Below are positions 37,486-46,964 of a stretch of DNA of 64,000 nucleotides, piece by piece. The DNA lies in assembly GCA_021797745.1 (NCBI GenBank), contig JAJZZD010000002.1:32156-96155 (forward strand), read 5' to 3'. The notes beneath the pieces are model-generated. The model did not search any database and was not told where the DNA came from. It worked only from the letters and a program-made list of their open reading frames with translations. Numbering within the stretch: the first letter of the stretch is position 1; every line of letters starts with the position of its first letter. This DNA is from Candidatus Micrarchaeota archaeon. Its GTDB lineage: Archaea; Micrarchaeota; Micrarchaeia; Micrarchaeales; CABMGC01. A program made the position numbers and the translations under genes.

Positions 37486-38541
37486 CTAGTAAATTGCGTT
37501 TATTTCTCTGTATTCGAACTTTTCAGGTTTTGCGCCATCCATGAAAATCTTGTATCCGCAGCTTTTGCACCTGTTGTCCTTAGTCAGATTCCACTTCATT
37601 ATGTAGTGCGCGTATCTGTCGACTGCCACCGACCCGCATCCGGGGCAGTACGTATCTTCATACGGATTTCCTGGCACGTTGCCTATGTATACATAATTGA
37701 GTCCGTTCCTTTTTGCCATATCATAATGCTTTTTTAAAGTCTCGTAACTAGTTTCTGGATAATCAAGCATCTTGTAGTCCGGATGAAATCTTGTGAACTG
37801 AATCGGCGTGTCACTGCCAAGATTATTAGCGATCCATTTCGTGAGTTCGTTGCATGCATCCAATGACTCCCCCGCTCTCGGGATTATCAGATCAGTAAGT
37901 TCAACATGTATCCCTGCTTTTTTCAATTCAAGAAGGGCTGCTTTTATGGGCTCGTTCGACACCACCATTTCATACTTGTTCGCAAACTTCTGCTCGCCGT
38001 TTCCCTTATAATTTACCACTGCGGCGTCGATATGCCCTTTCATGGCCTGCACAGCCTCTTTTGTAAGATACCCGTTCGTCACGAAAACGTTGAACAAGCC
38101 TTTTTTGTGAGCCAGTCTTGCTGTGTCAAGAGCATACTCGATGAATATGGCAGGTTCGTTATACGTATAAGCAATTCCCTTGGTATCGTTGTCCAATGCC
38201 ATCTGCACAACCTGCTCCGGCATAAGGTCCTTCCCATCTATTTCGCGCTCCTTTGATATGTTATGGTTCTGGCAGAACTGGCATCCCCAGTTGCATGAAC
38301 TTGTTCCGACGCCAAATATGTATGTGCCTGGCATGAAATGGTTGAACGGCTTCTTTTCAATAGGGTCTATCTGAAGTGCGGCAAGTGTGCCGTAATTCAT
38401 CAAATACAGTTTGCCGCCCTCGTTTCTCCTTACGAAGCAGAAACCGTGAGAGCCATCTGGTATTTTGCACAGCCTGGCGCACGCTACGCATTCAACTTTA
38501 TTTTCAGGCAGCTTCCTGTAAAGCACTGCTTCCTTTTCCAT
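37486..38541 (-). CDS. amrS: AmmeMemoRadiSam system radical SAM enzyme
   Basis: DPIEKKP..HF.PG, CNWGCQFCQN, AYTYNEP, FVTNGY, RFHPDY, YVYIGNVPG, CP.CG. Confidence 0.9.
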   Translation of the reverse strand: MEKEAVLYRKLPENKVECVACARLCKIPDGSHGFCFVRRNEGGKLYLMNYGTLAALQIDPIEKKPFNHFMPGTYIFGVGTSSCNWGCQFCQNHNISKEREIDGKDLMPEQVVQMALDNDTKGIAYTYNEPAIFIEYALDTARLAHKKGLFNVFVTNGYLTKEAVQAMKGHIDAAVVNYKGNGEQKFANKYEMVVSNEPIKAALLELKKAGIHVELTDLIIPRAGESLDACNELTKWIANNLGSDTPIQFTRFHPDYKMLDYPETSYETLKKHYDMAKRNGLNYVYIGNVPGNPYEDTYCPGCGSVAVDRYAHYIMKWNLTKDNRCKSCGYKIFMDGAKPEKFEYREINAIY

Positions 38542-38618
38542 GTTCGCCAGTAATGTATGCCTTTCTGATATATTTATAGGTTTTTACGGCAGCTTTGCCT
38601 GAAAGCGACACATACCTG

Positions 38619-38900
38619 CTACGTCCGTTTGGCATTTTGGTATTTTTTCACTTCGTCAACTTTTTCCTGCACGTCCTGCGGCAGGGCCTCCGATTCGCGA
38701 TAATAGGAAGGGTCTGAAGGCAGCGTTTCGACCCACTTTCCATTTATGTTGCAGTGGTAATCGCGCTGCTGCCGGTCTTCAATCAGAGTAACGTGGTCTA
38801 TTCCGCCGCTTGTTGTGCGGTAAATGAAAATGTCTGAATTGCCTACGCGTGCATGCACTTCCAGAGCCTTGCTCGCTATTATTTTGATGTACGCCGCCAT
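38619..38900 (-). CDS. Hypothetical protein
   Basis: 93-aa ORF in its own intergenic gap. Confidence 0.45.
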   Translation of the reverse strand: MAAYIKIIASKALEVHARVGNSDIFIYRTTSGGIDHVTLIEDRQQRDYHCNINGKWVETLPSDPSYYRESEALPQDVQEKVDEVKKYQNAKRT

Positions 38901-39038
38901 TTTCCTAATTCTTTATCCGCATTAAAACTTATAGCCAAATGCCTTTGATTCGCCGAATGACTAATGCCAGGCAGCTAACCGGCAACCTCGGTGCATGAAA
39001 AATAAAGGCATAAATATTGAAATATGCCATTAACGAGC

Positions 39039-40331
39039 ATGTCAAAAATACTTATAGAAACATACGGCTGCACGCTCAACCAGGCTGACAGCGGAATAAT
39101 GAAAACACTGCTCACGCTGCAGGGCCATGAAGTTACAGAGGGGAAATACGACAGCAGAAAGCAGGATTACGATTGCGTGATAGTGAACACGTGCACAGTG
39201 AAAACGCCTACCGAGCAGAAAATTCTGCACAGACTTAAAGAGGCAAAGGAAAAAGGGAATAAATTGATAGTTACTGGATGCATGGCAAGCGCAAACAAAG
39301 ACATCATATTCAAAACAGTGCCGAATGCGAGCCTGCTCAGCACAAGCAACGTTAGCAGCATAGCTTATGCAGTTTCTGAAATAGAAAAAGGCAGGCAGGT
39401 AATCTTGGATAAATACAACTCTACAGACAAGATGCTGTTCTACGGAATGGGCAGCGCGGCCGGCACAATAGCAAAAATACCGATAAGCGAAGGTTGCCTG
39501 AGCAGCTGCTCTTTCTGCGAAACAAAATACGCCAGAGGTCCGCTGAACAGTTTTTCCGAAGAGCTAATAATCAAAGCAGTGCAAACCTGCGTGAACAGAG
39601 GCGCAAAAGAGATAGAACTTACTTCGCAGGATACTGGCGCTTACGGCAGAGACAAAAAGACCAACATTGCAGAATTAGTCTCTAAAATTTCAGACATAGA
39701 AGGTGACTTCAAAGTGCGCATAGGCATGCTCAACCCCGAACATCTGAATAAATACTTCGACCAGCTGCTAGATGCTTACAAGAGCGAAAAGATTTACAAA
39801 TTCATCCACCTGCCGGTGCAATCCGGAAGCAACAGGGTGCTCAGGGACATGAAAAGAAATTACACAATCGAGGAATTTGAAGGATACGTGAAAGAAATCA
39901 AGGAAAAAGTAAAAGGCATAGGAATAGAGACGGATGTAATAGTTGGCTATCCTACGGAGAGCTCAGAAGATTTCGAGCAGTCCAATGACATGCTTGAAAG
40001 GATAAAGCCGATGGTCACAAACATTTCCAAGTTCGGGTCAAGGCCTCATGCAATTGCTTCGAAGCTGAAGCAGATAGGCAACCTGGAAATGAAGAAAAGG
40101 AGCACTGAAATGGCAAGGAAAGTAAGGGCGATGCAAAAAACAGAGAGGGAAAAGTTAATAGGAAGTGTGCAGAAGGCGCTGATTACTGAAAACAACGGAA
40201 CGTCGTTACTCGGGAGAAATGCTGGTTACATGGCAATCGCAGTAAACGGCTCGCACGCAAAAATAGGCTCATACATCGATGTGAAAATAACCGGCGCGAC
40301 TTCGGCATGCGTAATAGGAAACGAAGTCTAG
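39039..40331 (+). CDS. tRNA methylthiotransferase (MiaB-like, archaeal e-MtaB type)
   Basis: ETYGCTLN, NTCTV, GC, EGCLSSCSFC, SQDTGAYG, LPVQSGS, C-terminal TRAM domain. Confidence 0.92.
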   Translation: MSKILIETYGCTLNQADSGIMKTLLTLQGHEVTEGKYDSRKQDYDCVIVNTCTVKTPTEQKILHRLKEAKEKGNKLIVTGCMASANKDIIFKTVPNASLLSTSNVSSIAYAVSEIEKGRQVILDKYNSTDKMLFYGMGSAAGTIAKIPISEGCLSSCSFCETKYARGPLNSFSEELIIKAVQTCVNRGAKEIELTSQDTGAYGRDKKTNIAELVSKISDIEGDFKVRIGMLNPEHLNKYFDQLLDAYKSEKIYKFIHLPVQSGSNRVLRDMKRNYTIEEFEGYVKEIKEKVKGIGIETDVIVGYPTESSEDFEQSNDMLERIKPMVTNISKFGSRPHAIASKLKQIGNLEMKKRSTEMARKVRAMQKTEREKLIGSVQKALITENNGTSLLGRNAGYMAIAVNGSHAKIGSYIDVKITGATSACVIGNEV

Positions 40332-40379
40332 CCGCTCCTCTGCAAAGTGTTTTTAAAAAGAATCGTTGTATTAACAAGC

Positions 40380-41714
40380 ATGTATTCGAAGGAGATAGAG
40401 CAGGTTCTGAAAAAGGGAAAAATAACCCCTGGAAATTACGTGCATGTGGCTAATCCTAACTTTTCCTCAGATGGCGTGCTAATACCGCGGCCTAATTTCG
40501 GGGATGAGTCAATATTAGTACTCAAGCTTTCGAATGGCTACAACGTAGGCATAAGGTATGACGCGAAAACAAAGATAATAAAATTGAATAAAGTAGCAGC
40601 AAAATTCTCGTTTCCGGAAAACAAGCTAAAGTTCGACAAAAGCAAGCCAAAAGTAACGCTGATAACAACTGGCGGAACGATCGGAAGTAAGGTAGACTAC
40701 AGAACAGGCGGAGTGCATATGCTCTTGAAACCCGAGGAGCTGCTTTACGATGTTCCAGAACTCAGCAGAATAGCAAACGTAGAAGTAAACAATTTATTCA
40801 GCATAGCCAGCGAAGACATGGGCTACAAGCAGTGGCAGGATCTCGCGAAAGGCGTTGAGAGCGCGTTCGAAAACGGGTCGCGTGGGGTAGTGATATTCAC
40901 AGGAACAGATACTATGCATTACATATCCTCTGCGCTCAGCTTCATGCTGGAACGCCTTAACGGTCCTGTTGTAATAACTGGCGCGCAAAGGAGCAGCGAC
41001 AGAGGCTCAAGCGACGCATTCATGAATATGATATGCGCTTTCCATGCGGCTGCGGAGAGCGACGTAGCGGAAGTGGCCGTTTGCATGCACACGGGCAGCT
41101 CCGATGACACATGCAGCTTGATGCGCGGCACAAAGGTCAGGAAGATGCATACGTCGCGCAGGGACGCCTTCAAGCCGATAAACGCCAGGCCAATCGCAAA
41201 GATAAGTGTGGAAGGAAGGATTGACTACATTTCTGAATACAAAAAGATAGATGCAGGGAAAGGAAGAAAAGTCGATTTAATGACAGGGTTCGAGCCAAAG
41301 GTAGCTCTCGTTAAATTCTACCCCAACTCCGACCCTGAAATACTGGATTATTACGTGGAAAAAGAGTACAAGGGAATAATAATAGAAGGCACTGGGCTCG
41401 GCCACATGGCAGTGAATCCCACAGAGGCAAAATATTCGTGGATTGCACCGCTGAAAAAAGCAGTAGGAAAAGGGGTTGTGGTGGGAATAACTTCGCAGTG
41501 CCTGTTCGGCAGGGTTCATACAAAAGTTTACAGCAACCTCAGGATAATATCAAATACGGGAGCAATATACTGCGAGGACATGCTTCCTGAGGTTGCGCTG
41601 GTCAAGCTCGGCTTCCTACTCGGGAATTACAAAACAGAAGAAGTGAAAAGGATGCTTAACAGGAACATTGTCGGAGAGATAACTGCAAGAACTGAAGTTG
41701 ATTGGTTCGTCTGA
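40380..41714 (+). CDS. gatD: Glu-tRNA(Gln) amidotransferase subunit D
   Basis: KLSNGYNVG, TGGTI.S.VDY.TG, GTDTM, GAQRSSDRGSSD, KMHTSRRDAF, GTGLGH. Confidence 0.96.
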   Translation: MYSKEIEQVLKKGKITPGNYVHVANPNFSSDGVLIPRPNFGDESILVLKLSNGYNVGIRYDAKTKIIKLNKVAAKFSFPENKLKFDKSKPKVTLITTGGTIGSKVDYRTGGVHMLLKPEELLYDVPELSRIANVEVNNLFSIASEDMGYKQWQDLAKGVESAFENGSRGVVIFTGTDTMHYISSALSFMLERLNGPVVITGAQRSSDRGSSDAFMNMICAFHAAAESDVAEVAVCMHTGSSDDTCSLMRGTKVRKMHTSRRDAFKPINARPIAKISVEGRIDYISEYKKIDAGKGRKVDLMTGFEPKVALVKFYPNSDPEILDYYVEKEYKGIIIEGTGLGHMAVNPTEAKYSWIAPLKKAVGKGVVVGITSQCLFGRVHTKVYSNLRIISNTGAIYCEDMLPEVALVKLGFLLGNYKTEEVKRMLNRNIVGEITARTEVDWFV

Positions 41715-41727
41715 AAGATATGAGACT

Positions 41728-43566
41728 ATGCACGACGAAAAATATTACAAAGACATTGGCTTCATGTGCGGCCTCGAAATACATCAGAGGCTTGCGACAA
41801 AGGAAAAGCTCTTCTGCAGATGCAATGCGATGCTGGAAAAGGACGCGCAGATAGCAGAAATAAACAGACGCCAGCGGGCAGTGGCAGGCGAGCTGGGCAA
41901 GGTGGACACAGCCACGGAGTTCGAGAGCCATAGGCAAAGGAGTTTTACCTATCAGGTATTCAGGAACACATCGTGCCTTGTCGACGCCGACGAAGAGCCG
42001 CCGCACGAGCTGAACAACGAAGCTCTCGAAGTGGCGATGAAAATAACTGCTTCATTCGGAGCCAAAATTCCTGACGAGATAGAGCCGATGAGGAAAGAGG
42101 TTGTAGATGGCAGCGACCCGAGCGCATTCCAAAGGACAATGCTCATAGGCTATTCAGGCACATTGAAAGTAGGCAAGAAAGAAATCAACGTGCCATCAAT
42201 ATTCTTGGAGGAGGAGAGCAGCGGGATAGTGAGCGTAGACGCGAACAAAGGCGTTTACAGCCTGAATCGCTTCGGCATACCTCTTGTAGAAGTGGACACC
42301 GACCCGGAAATATCTAATCCGAACGAGGCGAAAGAGGCCGCAGAAAGGATCGGCCTGATGCTCAGGCTTACAGGCAACGTGCAGAGGGGCATAGGCTCAA
42401 TCAGGCAAGACGTGAACGTTTCGATAAAAGAAGGCACGCGTGTTGAGATAAAAGGATTCCAGGACCTAGGCACAATGCCCGATATAATAGAAAATGAGGT
42501 TGAAAGACAGGTCAACCTTGTAAAAATAAGAGACATGCTGAAAAAAAGAAAGGCAGGCGTATCAGAACCCTTTGACGTCACCGACATATTTGCAAAAACT
42601 GAAATAAAATTAATACGCAAGAACATTTCGGAATCAGGAAAGGTCTATGCATTGAGATTGAAGGGCTTCGAACAGATAATAGGATATGAAATAAATCCCG
42701 GAAGAAGATTGGGAAGCGAGATAAGCGACTATGCAAAGCTGGCGGGAGTCGGTGGCATAATACACAGCGACGAAGACCTTGATGCATACGGCTTTTCCAA
42801 CAAAGAAATAATGGAATTGAGGCAGAGGTTGGGCATGAAACCTGGAGACGCGTTTCTTTTGGTATCGGGAAAAAAGGACATTTGCGAATCTGCCATAAAA
42901 TACGCGAAAACAAGAGCTGAACTTGCGCTCACGGGAGTGCCGGGCGAAGTAAGAGGCGCTGACAGCAAGTTGCTCATAACCCGTTTCCAGAGGCCGCTTC
43001 CCGGAGGCTCGAGGATGTACCCAGAAACAGACACAACTCCGGTTCTTGCCGACAGGAATTACTACAACGACCTTCTTTTAGACAGAATTGATGCTGACGC
43101 GATACTGAAAAAGCTGAAAAAAGAAATAAAGAACAATCAGCTTGCCGAACAGATGCTATGGTCCCCGCAGATCAGCCTTTACGACAGAATAATATATGTT
43201 ACACATGCCGATCCTGCAGTTGTCGCGTCGATTCTTCTTGAAAAGCTCAAGGAACTCAAGAGGAGCGGAGTAGATGTTGACTCGATTTCCGAAGAAGCTT
43301 TTGTGGAGATTTTCCAGAGCTACAAAACTGGCATTATAACTAAAGCAGCGATGGAGGTTATAATAAAAAGCGTGCCTAAGCGTGCGGCCGAAGTTGCGGA
43401 AATAATAAAGAGGCACAACCTGAAAAGGATATCTGGAAAGGAGCTGGAAAACATAGCAGCAAATGCAAAGGGAGAAAGCAGGCAGGATAAAATAACCGAG
43501 ATAATGTCAAAGTACAGGCTCACTGTTGACGGCAGCGAGCTGCTGGGCATATTAGACAAGAAGTAA
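41728..43566 (+). CDS. gatE: Glu-tRNA(Gln) amidotransferase subunit E
   Basis: GLEIHQ.L, DEEPPH, MRK.VVDGS, GIGSIRQDVNVSI, RVEIKG.Q, GGIIHSDE, RPLPG..RMYPETD. Confidence 0.96.
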   Translation: MHDEKYYKDIGFMCGLEIHQRLATKEKLFCRCNAMLEKDAQIAEINRRQRAVAGELGKVDTATEFESHRQRSFTYQVFRNTSCLVDADEEPPHELNNEALEVAMKITASFGAKIPDEIEPMRKEVVDGSDPSAFQRTMLIGYSGTLKVGKKEINVPSIFLEEESSGIVSVDANKGVYSLNRFGIPLVEVDTDPEISNPNEAKEAAERIGLMLRLTGNVQRGIGSIRQDVNVSIKEGTRVEIKGFQDLGTMPDIIENEVERQVNLVKIRDMLKKRKAGVSEPFDVTDIFAKTEIKLIRKNISESGKVYALRLKGFEQIIGYEINPGRRLGSEISDYAKLAGVGGIIHSDEDLDAYGFSNKEIMELRQRLGMKPGDAFLLVSGKKDICESAIKYAKTRAELALTGVPGEVRGADSKLLITRFQRPLPGGSRMYPETDTTPVLADRNYYNDLLLDRIDADAILKKLKKEIKNNQLAEQMLWSPQISLYDRIIYVTHADPAVVASILLEKLKELKRSGVDVDSISEEAFVEIFQSYKTGIITKAAMEVIIKSVPKRAAEVAEIIKRHNLKRISGKELENIAANAKGESRQDKITEIMSKYRLTVDGSELLGILDKK

Positions 43567-43570
43567 GTTT

Positions 43571-43909
43571 ATGGATGTGAAAAAAATCAAAAAAGAAGCG
43601 CAGGAAACGCGAAGCCTTGAAGCATATATGCAGAAGAATGGAGTTGATAGGCAAGACGCAAAGCAGTTAGTAGCAGAAGCGAAGAGGCTGTACAGGTATG
43701 CGTCAACTAAGGGGCCTGAAAGCGGGCTGGTGTACGGCGAAAAACGCCCCGAAGATTTCGGGCAACCGTCGCTGCGGCGCATAGTGGAAAATCTCGCCTT
43801 TTTACGCAGCAGAAACATGAATGTGAAACGTGAAGTCCAAATACACCCGCTCCGGATTATATTCGGCAAAGTAGACGCAAAACAAGATTGCTTAAAAATA
43901 AAAAGATGA
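43571..43909 (+). CDS. Hypothetical basic protein
   Basis: 112-aa ORF starting 4 bp after gatE. Confidence 0.5.
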   Translation: MDVKKIKKEAQETRSLEAYMQKNGVDRQDAKQLVAEAKRLYRYASTKGPESGLVYGEKRPEDFGQPSLRRIVENLAFLRSRNMNVKREVQIHPLRIIFGKVDAKQDCLKIKR

Positions 43910-43992
43910 TGCAAGGCACTGCGCCGTTTGGCAGGTTTCAAGTTGAAAGGATTGCGCTAATCAAGTATTGGCAGGATATGGAGTGCACCATT

Positions 43993-45744
43993 TTATTTCT
44001 TCTGCCGCTTTATCTTTGATATCTCGGCAAGCAGGTCCTTTTCTTCGTCGTTGAGAAGGTAGCTGAACTTCGTTTTCAGGAGCTGCTCCTCCTCGTCGTT
44101 CACGTGAGTGTAAAGGATTTCTCCCTCTTTTATCTGCCTGCCGAAAGTAATTCCGTCTATTGATATCGCGGCACTCTGCCCCTTTGCTGCTTCCTCCATG
44201 CTTATCCCGTTGTTCTGTATTTCTCTCACTCTGCCTATCGTGTCGCCAGACTGGTTCATCAGCAGGACAGATTTCCTGAGCCTGCCGGCAACAACGTCGA
44301 CTCCAAAAACTGCGGGTTTGGAAACGCGGAACACGTGATTAGGAAGCGACTTTATTACGGCAGGAAAAGTCAGTGACTTGGACGCGTCTTCCCTCTCGAC
44401 TTTTTTCTGGTTTTCAAGCCATTCTTTGTAATCGTTTATTACCTGGTACACTATGTTCTCGCTCACTATCCTGACATTTGCGGCTACGCTTTCGGCTACG
44501 GCATCTTCGTCTGTTTTGACATTGAATGCGAGAACTACAGCGCTGTATGGGTCGGTTATCCTCATCGCGAATGCGTCGAGCACGTCACGCTTGGAGACGT
44601 TTCCTATGCCTTTCTTGCTTATGTTAACTCCTGCATCCTTGAGCAGCTTCGACAGCGCTTCTATGCTTCCTATTGTATCAGCTTTTAGTATTACACCCTG
44701 CTTGTCTGTGCCAAACACCTCCTTGATTTCTGCATTTATTTCCTGCTCATAATTTGGCGCAGATGTGCTCATCACAAGCGAACCGGGAAGTGCCTCCTCA
44801 AGGCCCACTGCGCTTATCTTAACTCCGGATGCCGCACTGACAGAATCCAGATAATCGAATTTGTTCGCTGATTCTGCGCGCATCTCTCGCAGCGGCTTAG
44901 GCTTTAGAAGGGCGCGCACCTTTGCGGTTCTCAGCCCCTCTGGTGTTGCGAACGCTATTGTGTCGTTCGAATGCAAAGTTCCGTTGTATATTATTACGTC
45001 TATTGTTGTGCCGAGCCCGCGTTCCTCTTTTTTCTCGAGTATGCTCCCAATTCCGGGGCCTTTTACCTCTATGTTAAGCCTCGATTCGAGGAATTTCTGC
45101 GAAAGACCCGCAGCGAAAGCAAGGAGCTCTGCGATTCCCTCGCCTGTTTTCGCGCTTACAGGTATTATCGCAACTTCTTTCCTGAAATCCTTTATCCTGT
45201 CGAAACGTTCGCTATTGAAGCCCAACTCTCCGAGTTTTCCGACGATTGAATATATTTTGGCGTCGAGTTCGTCGGCGACGTTGCTTGTCTGCTTTTCTAT
45301 TGCTTCTGCAAAACTGGCAGAGCCGCTCGCGTGCCATCCCATCATCAGGTCTATCTTGTTTGCAGCTACTATGAACGGTGTCTTGTATTCCCTTAGTATA
45401 TCAAGCGCTTCATACGTCTGCGGCGCGAAGCCGGTGGACACGTCAACGACCAGTATCGTCAGGTCGGAAACCGAGCCGCCGCGCCTCCTAAGGTTTGTGA
45501 ATGCCTCGTGTCCAGGCGTGTCTATGAACAGAAGCCCGGGAATAGCAAGCTTTCCGCCGAACTGCCTGAGCACTTTGCCCGAAATGTCATCAATAACACT
45601 AAGAGGTACTTCGCTTGCTCCTATGTGCTGGGTTATTCCTCCTGCTTCCTTGCTCGCTATTGCACTATGGCGTATCTTGTCAAGCAGGCTAGTTTTCCCA
45701 TGGTCTACGTGACCCATCACACATATTATCGGCTGCCGTATCAT
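43993..45744 (-). CDS. infB: Translation initiation factor aIF5B (IF-2)
   Basis: RQPII.VMGHVDHGKT, EAGGITQHIGA, DTPGHEAF.NLR.RGG, NKID, SAKTGEG, GRQIKEG. Confidence 0.97.
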   Translation of the reverse strand: MIRQPIICVMGHVDHGKTSLLDKIRHSAIASKEAGGITQHIGASEVPLSVIDDISGKVLRQFGGKLAIPGLLFIDTPGHEAFTNLRRRGGSVSDLTILVVDVSTGFAPQTYEALDILREYKTPFIVAANKIDLMMGWHASGSASFAEAIEKQTSNVADELDAKIYSIVGKLGELGFNSERFDRIKDFRKEVAIIPVSAKTGEGIAELLAFAAGLSQKFLESRLNIEVKGPGIGSILEKKEERGLGTTIDVIIYNGTLHSNDTIAFATPEGLRTAKVRALLKPKPLREMRAESANKFDYLDSVSAASGVKISAVGLEEALPGSLVMSTSAPNYEQEINAEIKEVFGTDKQGVILKADTIGSIEALSKLLKDAGVNISKKGIGNVSKRDVLDAFAMRITDPYSAVVLAFNVKTDEDAVAESVAANVRIVSENIVYQVINDYKEWLENQKKVEREDASKSLTFPAVIKSLPNHVFRVSKPAVFGVDVVAGRLRKSVLLMNQSGDTIGRVREIQNNGISMEEAAKGQSAAISIDGITFGRQIKEGEILYTHVNDEEEQLLKTKFSYLLNDEEKDLLAEISKIKRQKK

Positions 45745-45892
45745 AAGATCATCAGACAGAATTGCTATTGCAAAACAGCTATTACAAAATACTGATTATG
45801 TTAATTATATTATTATAGCGGGTTGTGCCTTTTTGGCTTGCAATTTTTAAGCCAATTCACGCAACTGTTTTTAATTGTAAGTGTTGTCAAAT

Positions 45893-45952
45893 ATTGAAAG
45901 GGATATTCAAATAGACATTGAAAGATATATTGAAAGGGATATTGAAAGAGAT
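45893..45952 (+). repeat. Five tandem 12-bp units, consensus ATTGAAAGRGAT
   Basis: attgaaagggat/attcaaatagac/attgaaagatat/attgaaagggat/attgaaagagat. Confidence 0.8.
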
Positions 45953-45974
45953 TTCAAAAACGAAATGTGATAAA

Positions 45975-46535
45975 ATGGAAAAAACATTGGTTATCATAAA
46001 ACCGGACGGCGTACAGAGAGCACTGATAGGAAAGATAATTTCTACTTTCGAAGACGCAGGACTTAAGGTTGTCGCAATGAAAATGGTTTGGGCGACAAAA
46101 GAACTCGCAGCGAAGCATTATGCGAATGATGAAGACTGGCTGCTGAGCGTAGGTAAAAAAACTAGGTCATCGGCAGAGGCAAAAGGAATCAGAATGGACG
46201 AAACAGACCTGCAGATAGGACAGAGAATACGGTCTTGGTTAATGGACTACATTACTTCCACTCCGATAATAGCACTGGCCATAGAAGGACCTGAAGCCAT
46301 AACTGCTGTGCGAAAGCTTGTGGGCTCGACAGCACCTGCCAAAGCAGACCCTTCCACGATAAGAGGCAAATATTCAACAGAGTCTTACGAATACGCAGAC
46401 GCAAAGAAAAGGCCCGTTAAAAACCTAGTACACGCATCTGAAGATGCAAAGAACGCCGAACGTGAGATAAGTATTTGGTTTACCAAAAAAGAGATATTTG
46501 ATTACAAGAGGGCAGACGAGGACGCGGTGCGTTGA
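45975..46535 (+). CDS. ndk: Nucleoside diphosphate kinase
   Basis: EKTLVIIKPDGVQR.LIG.II, RKLVG.T.P, TIRG, NLVHAS..A.REI..WF; long insertion after HY. Confidence 0.95.
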   Translation: MEKTLVIIKPDGVQRALIGKIISTFEDAGLKVVAMKMVWATKELAAKHYANDEDWLLSVGKKTRSSAEAKGIRMDETDLQIGQRIRSWLMDYITSTPIIALAIEGPEAITAVRKLVGSTAPAKADPSTIRGKYSTESYEYADAKKRPVKNLVHASEDAKNAEREISIWFTKKEIFDYKRADEDAVR

Positions 46536-46637
46536 GCTCTTAGGTCAATTCGGCGAAAATTACCGATAGTTTCACGAAAACATTAGTTTTTGAGACCCAT
46601 AATTTGAGTAAAGCCCGAAGAGGTAAACATCGCAATT

Positions 46638-46949
46638 TCAGATGCCAACTCCCATTTGGGCTTTGTACTCTTCGCTAATCATCTCAGGGCTCCACGCGGG
46701 CTCCCATACTAGGTCAACATTGACCTTTCCTATGCCTTCTATGTGATCGAGCCTGAGCTCAGCGTCAGCAAGGATTATGCTCGTTACCGGGCACATTGGG
46801 CTTGTCATAGTTATCTTAAGGTCGACGTTGTTTGCTTCGTCTATCTTTATCCCGTACACCAGCCCCAAATCCACTATGTTTATCCCTATTTCAGGGTCCA
46901 CCGTTTTCTTGAGCGCATCTATCAGCGAATTGATTGTTATTTTATCCAT
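46638..46949 (-). CDS. SufT/DUF59 (MIP18-like) Fe-S assembly protein
   Basis: VDPEIGINIVDLGLVY, MTSPMCP, LVWEPAWSPEMIS. Confidence 0.92.
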   Translation of the reverse strand: MDKITINSLIDALKKTVDPEIGINIVDLGLVYGIKIDEANNVDLKITMTSPMCPVTSIILADAELRLDHIEGIGKVNVDLVWEPAWSPEMISEEYKAQMGVGI

Positions 46950-46964
46950 TTGATTCGCCTATTT

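Noticed and set aside
44861-45712. 283-aa plus-strand ORF (similar cases at 6979-7689, 3207-3782, 10040-10639)
   Set aside because: Antisense shadows of well-supported genes (infB, SDR, HtrA, EndoQ)
45893-45952. CRISPR array (ATTGAAAG motif)
   Set aside because: 12-bp period with no unique spacers and no cas genes nearby
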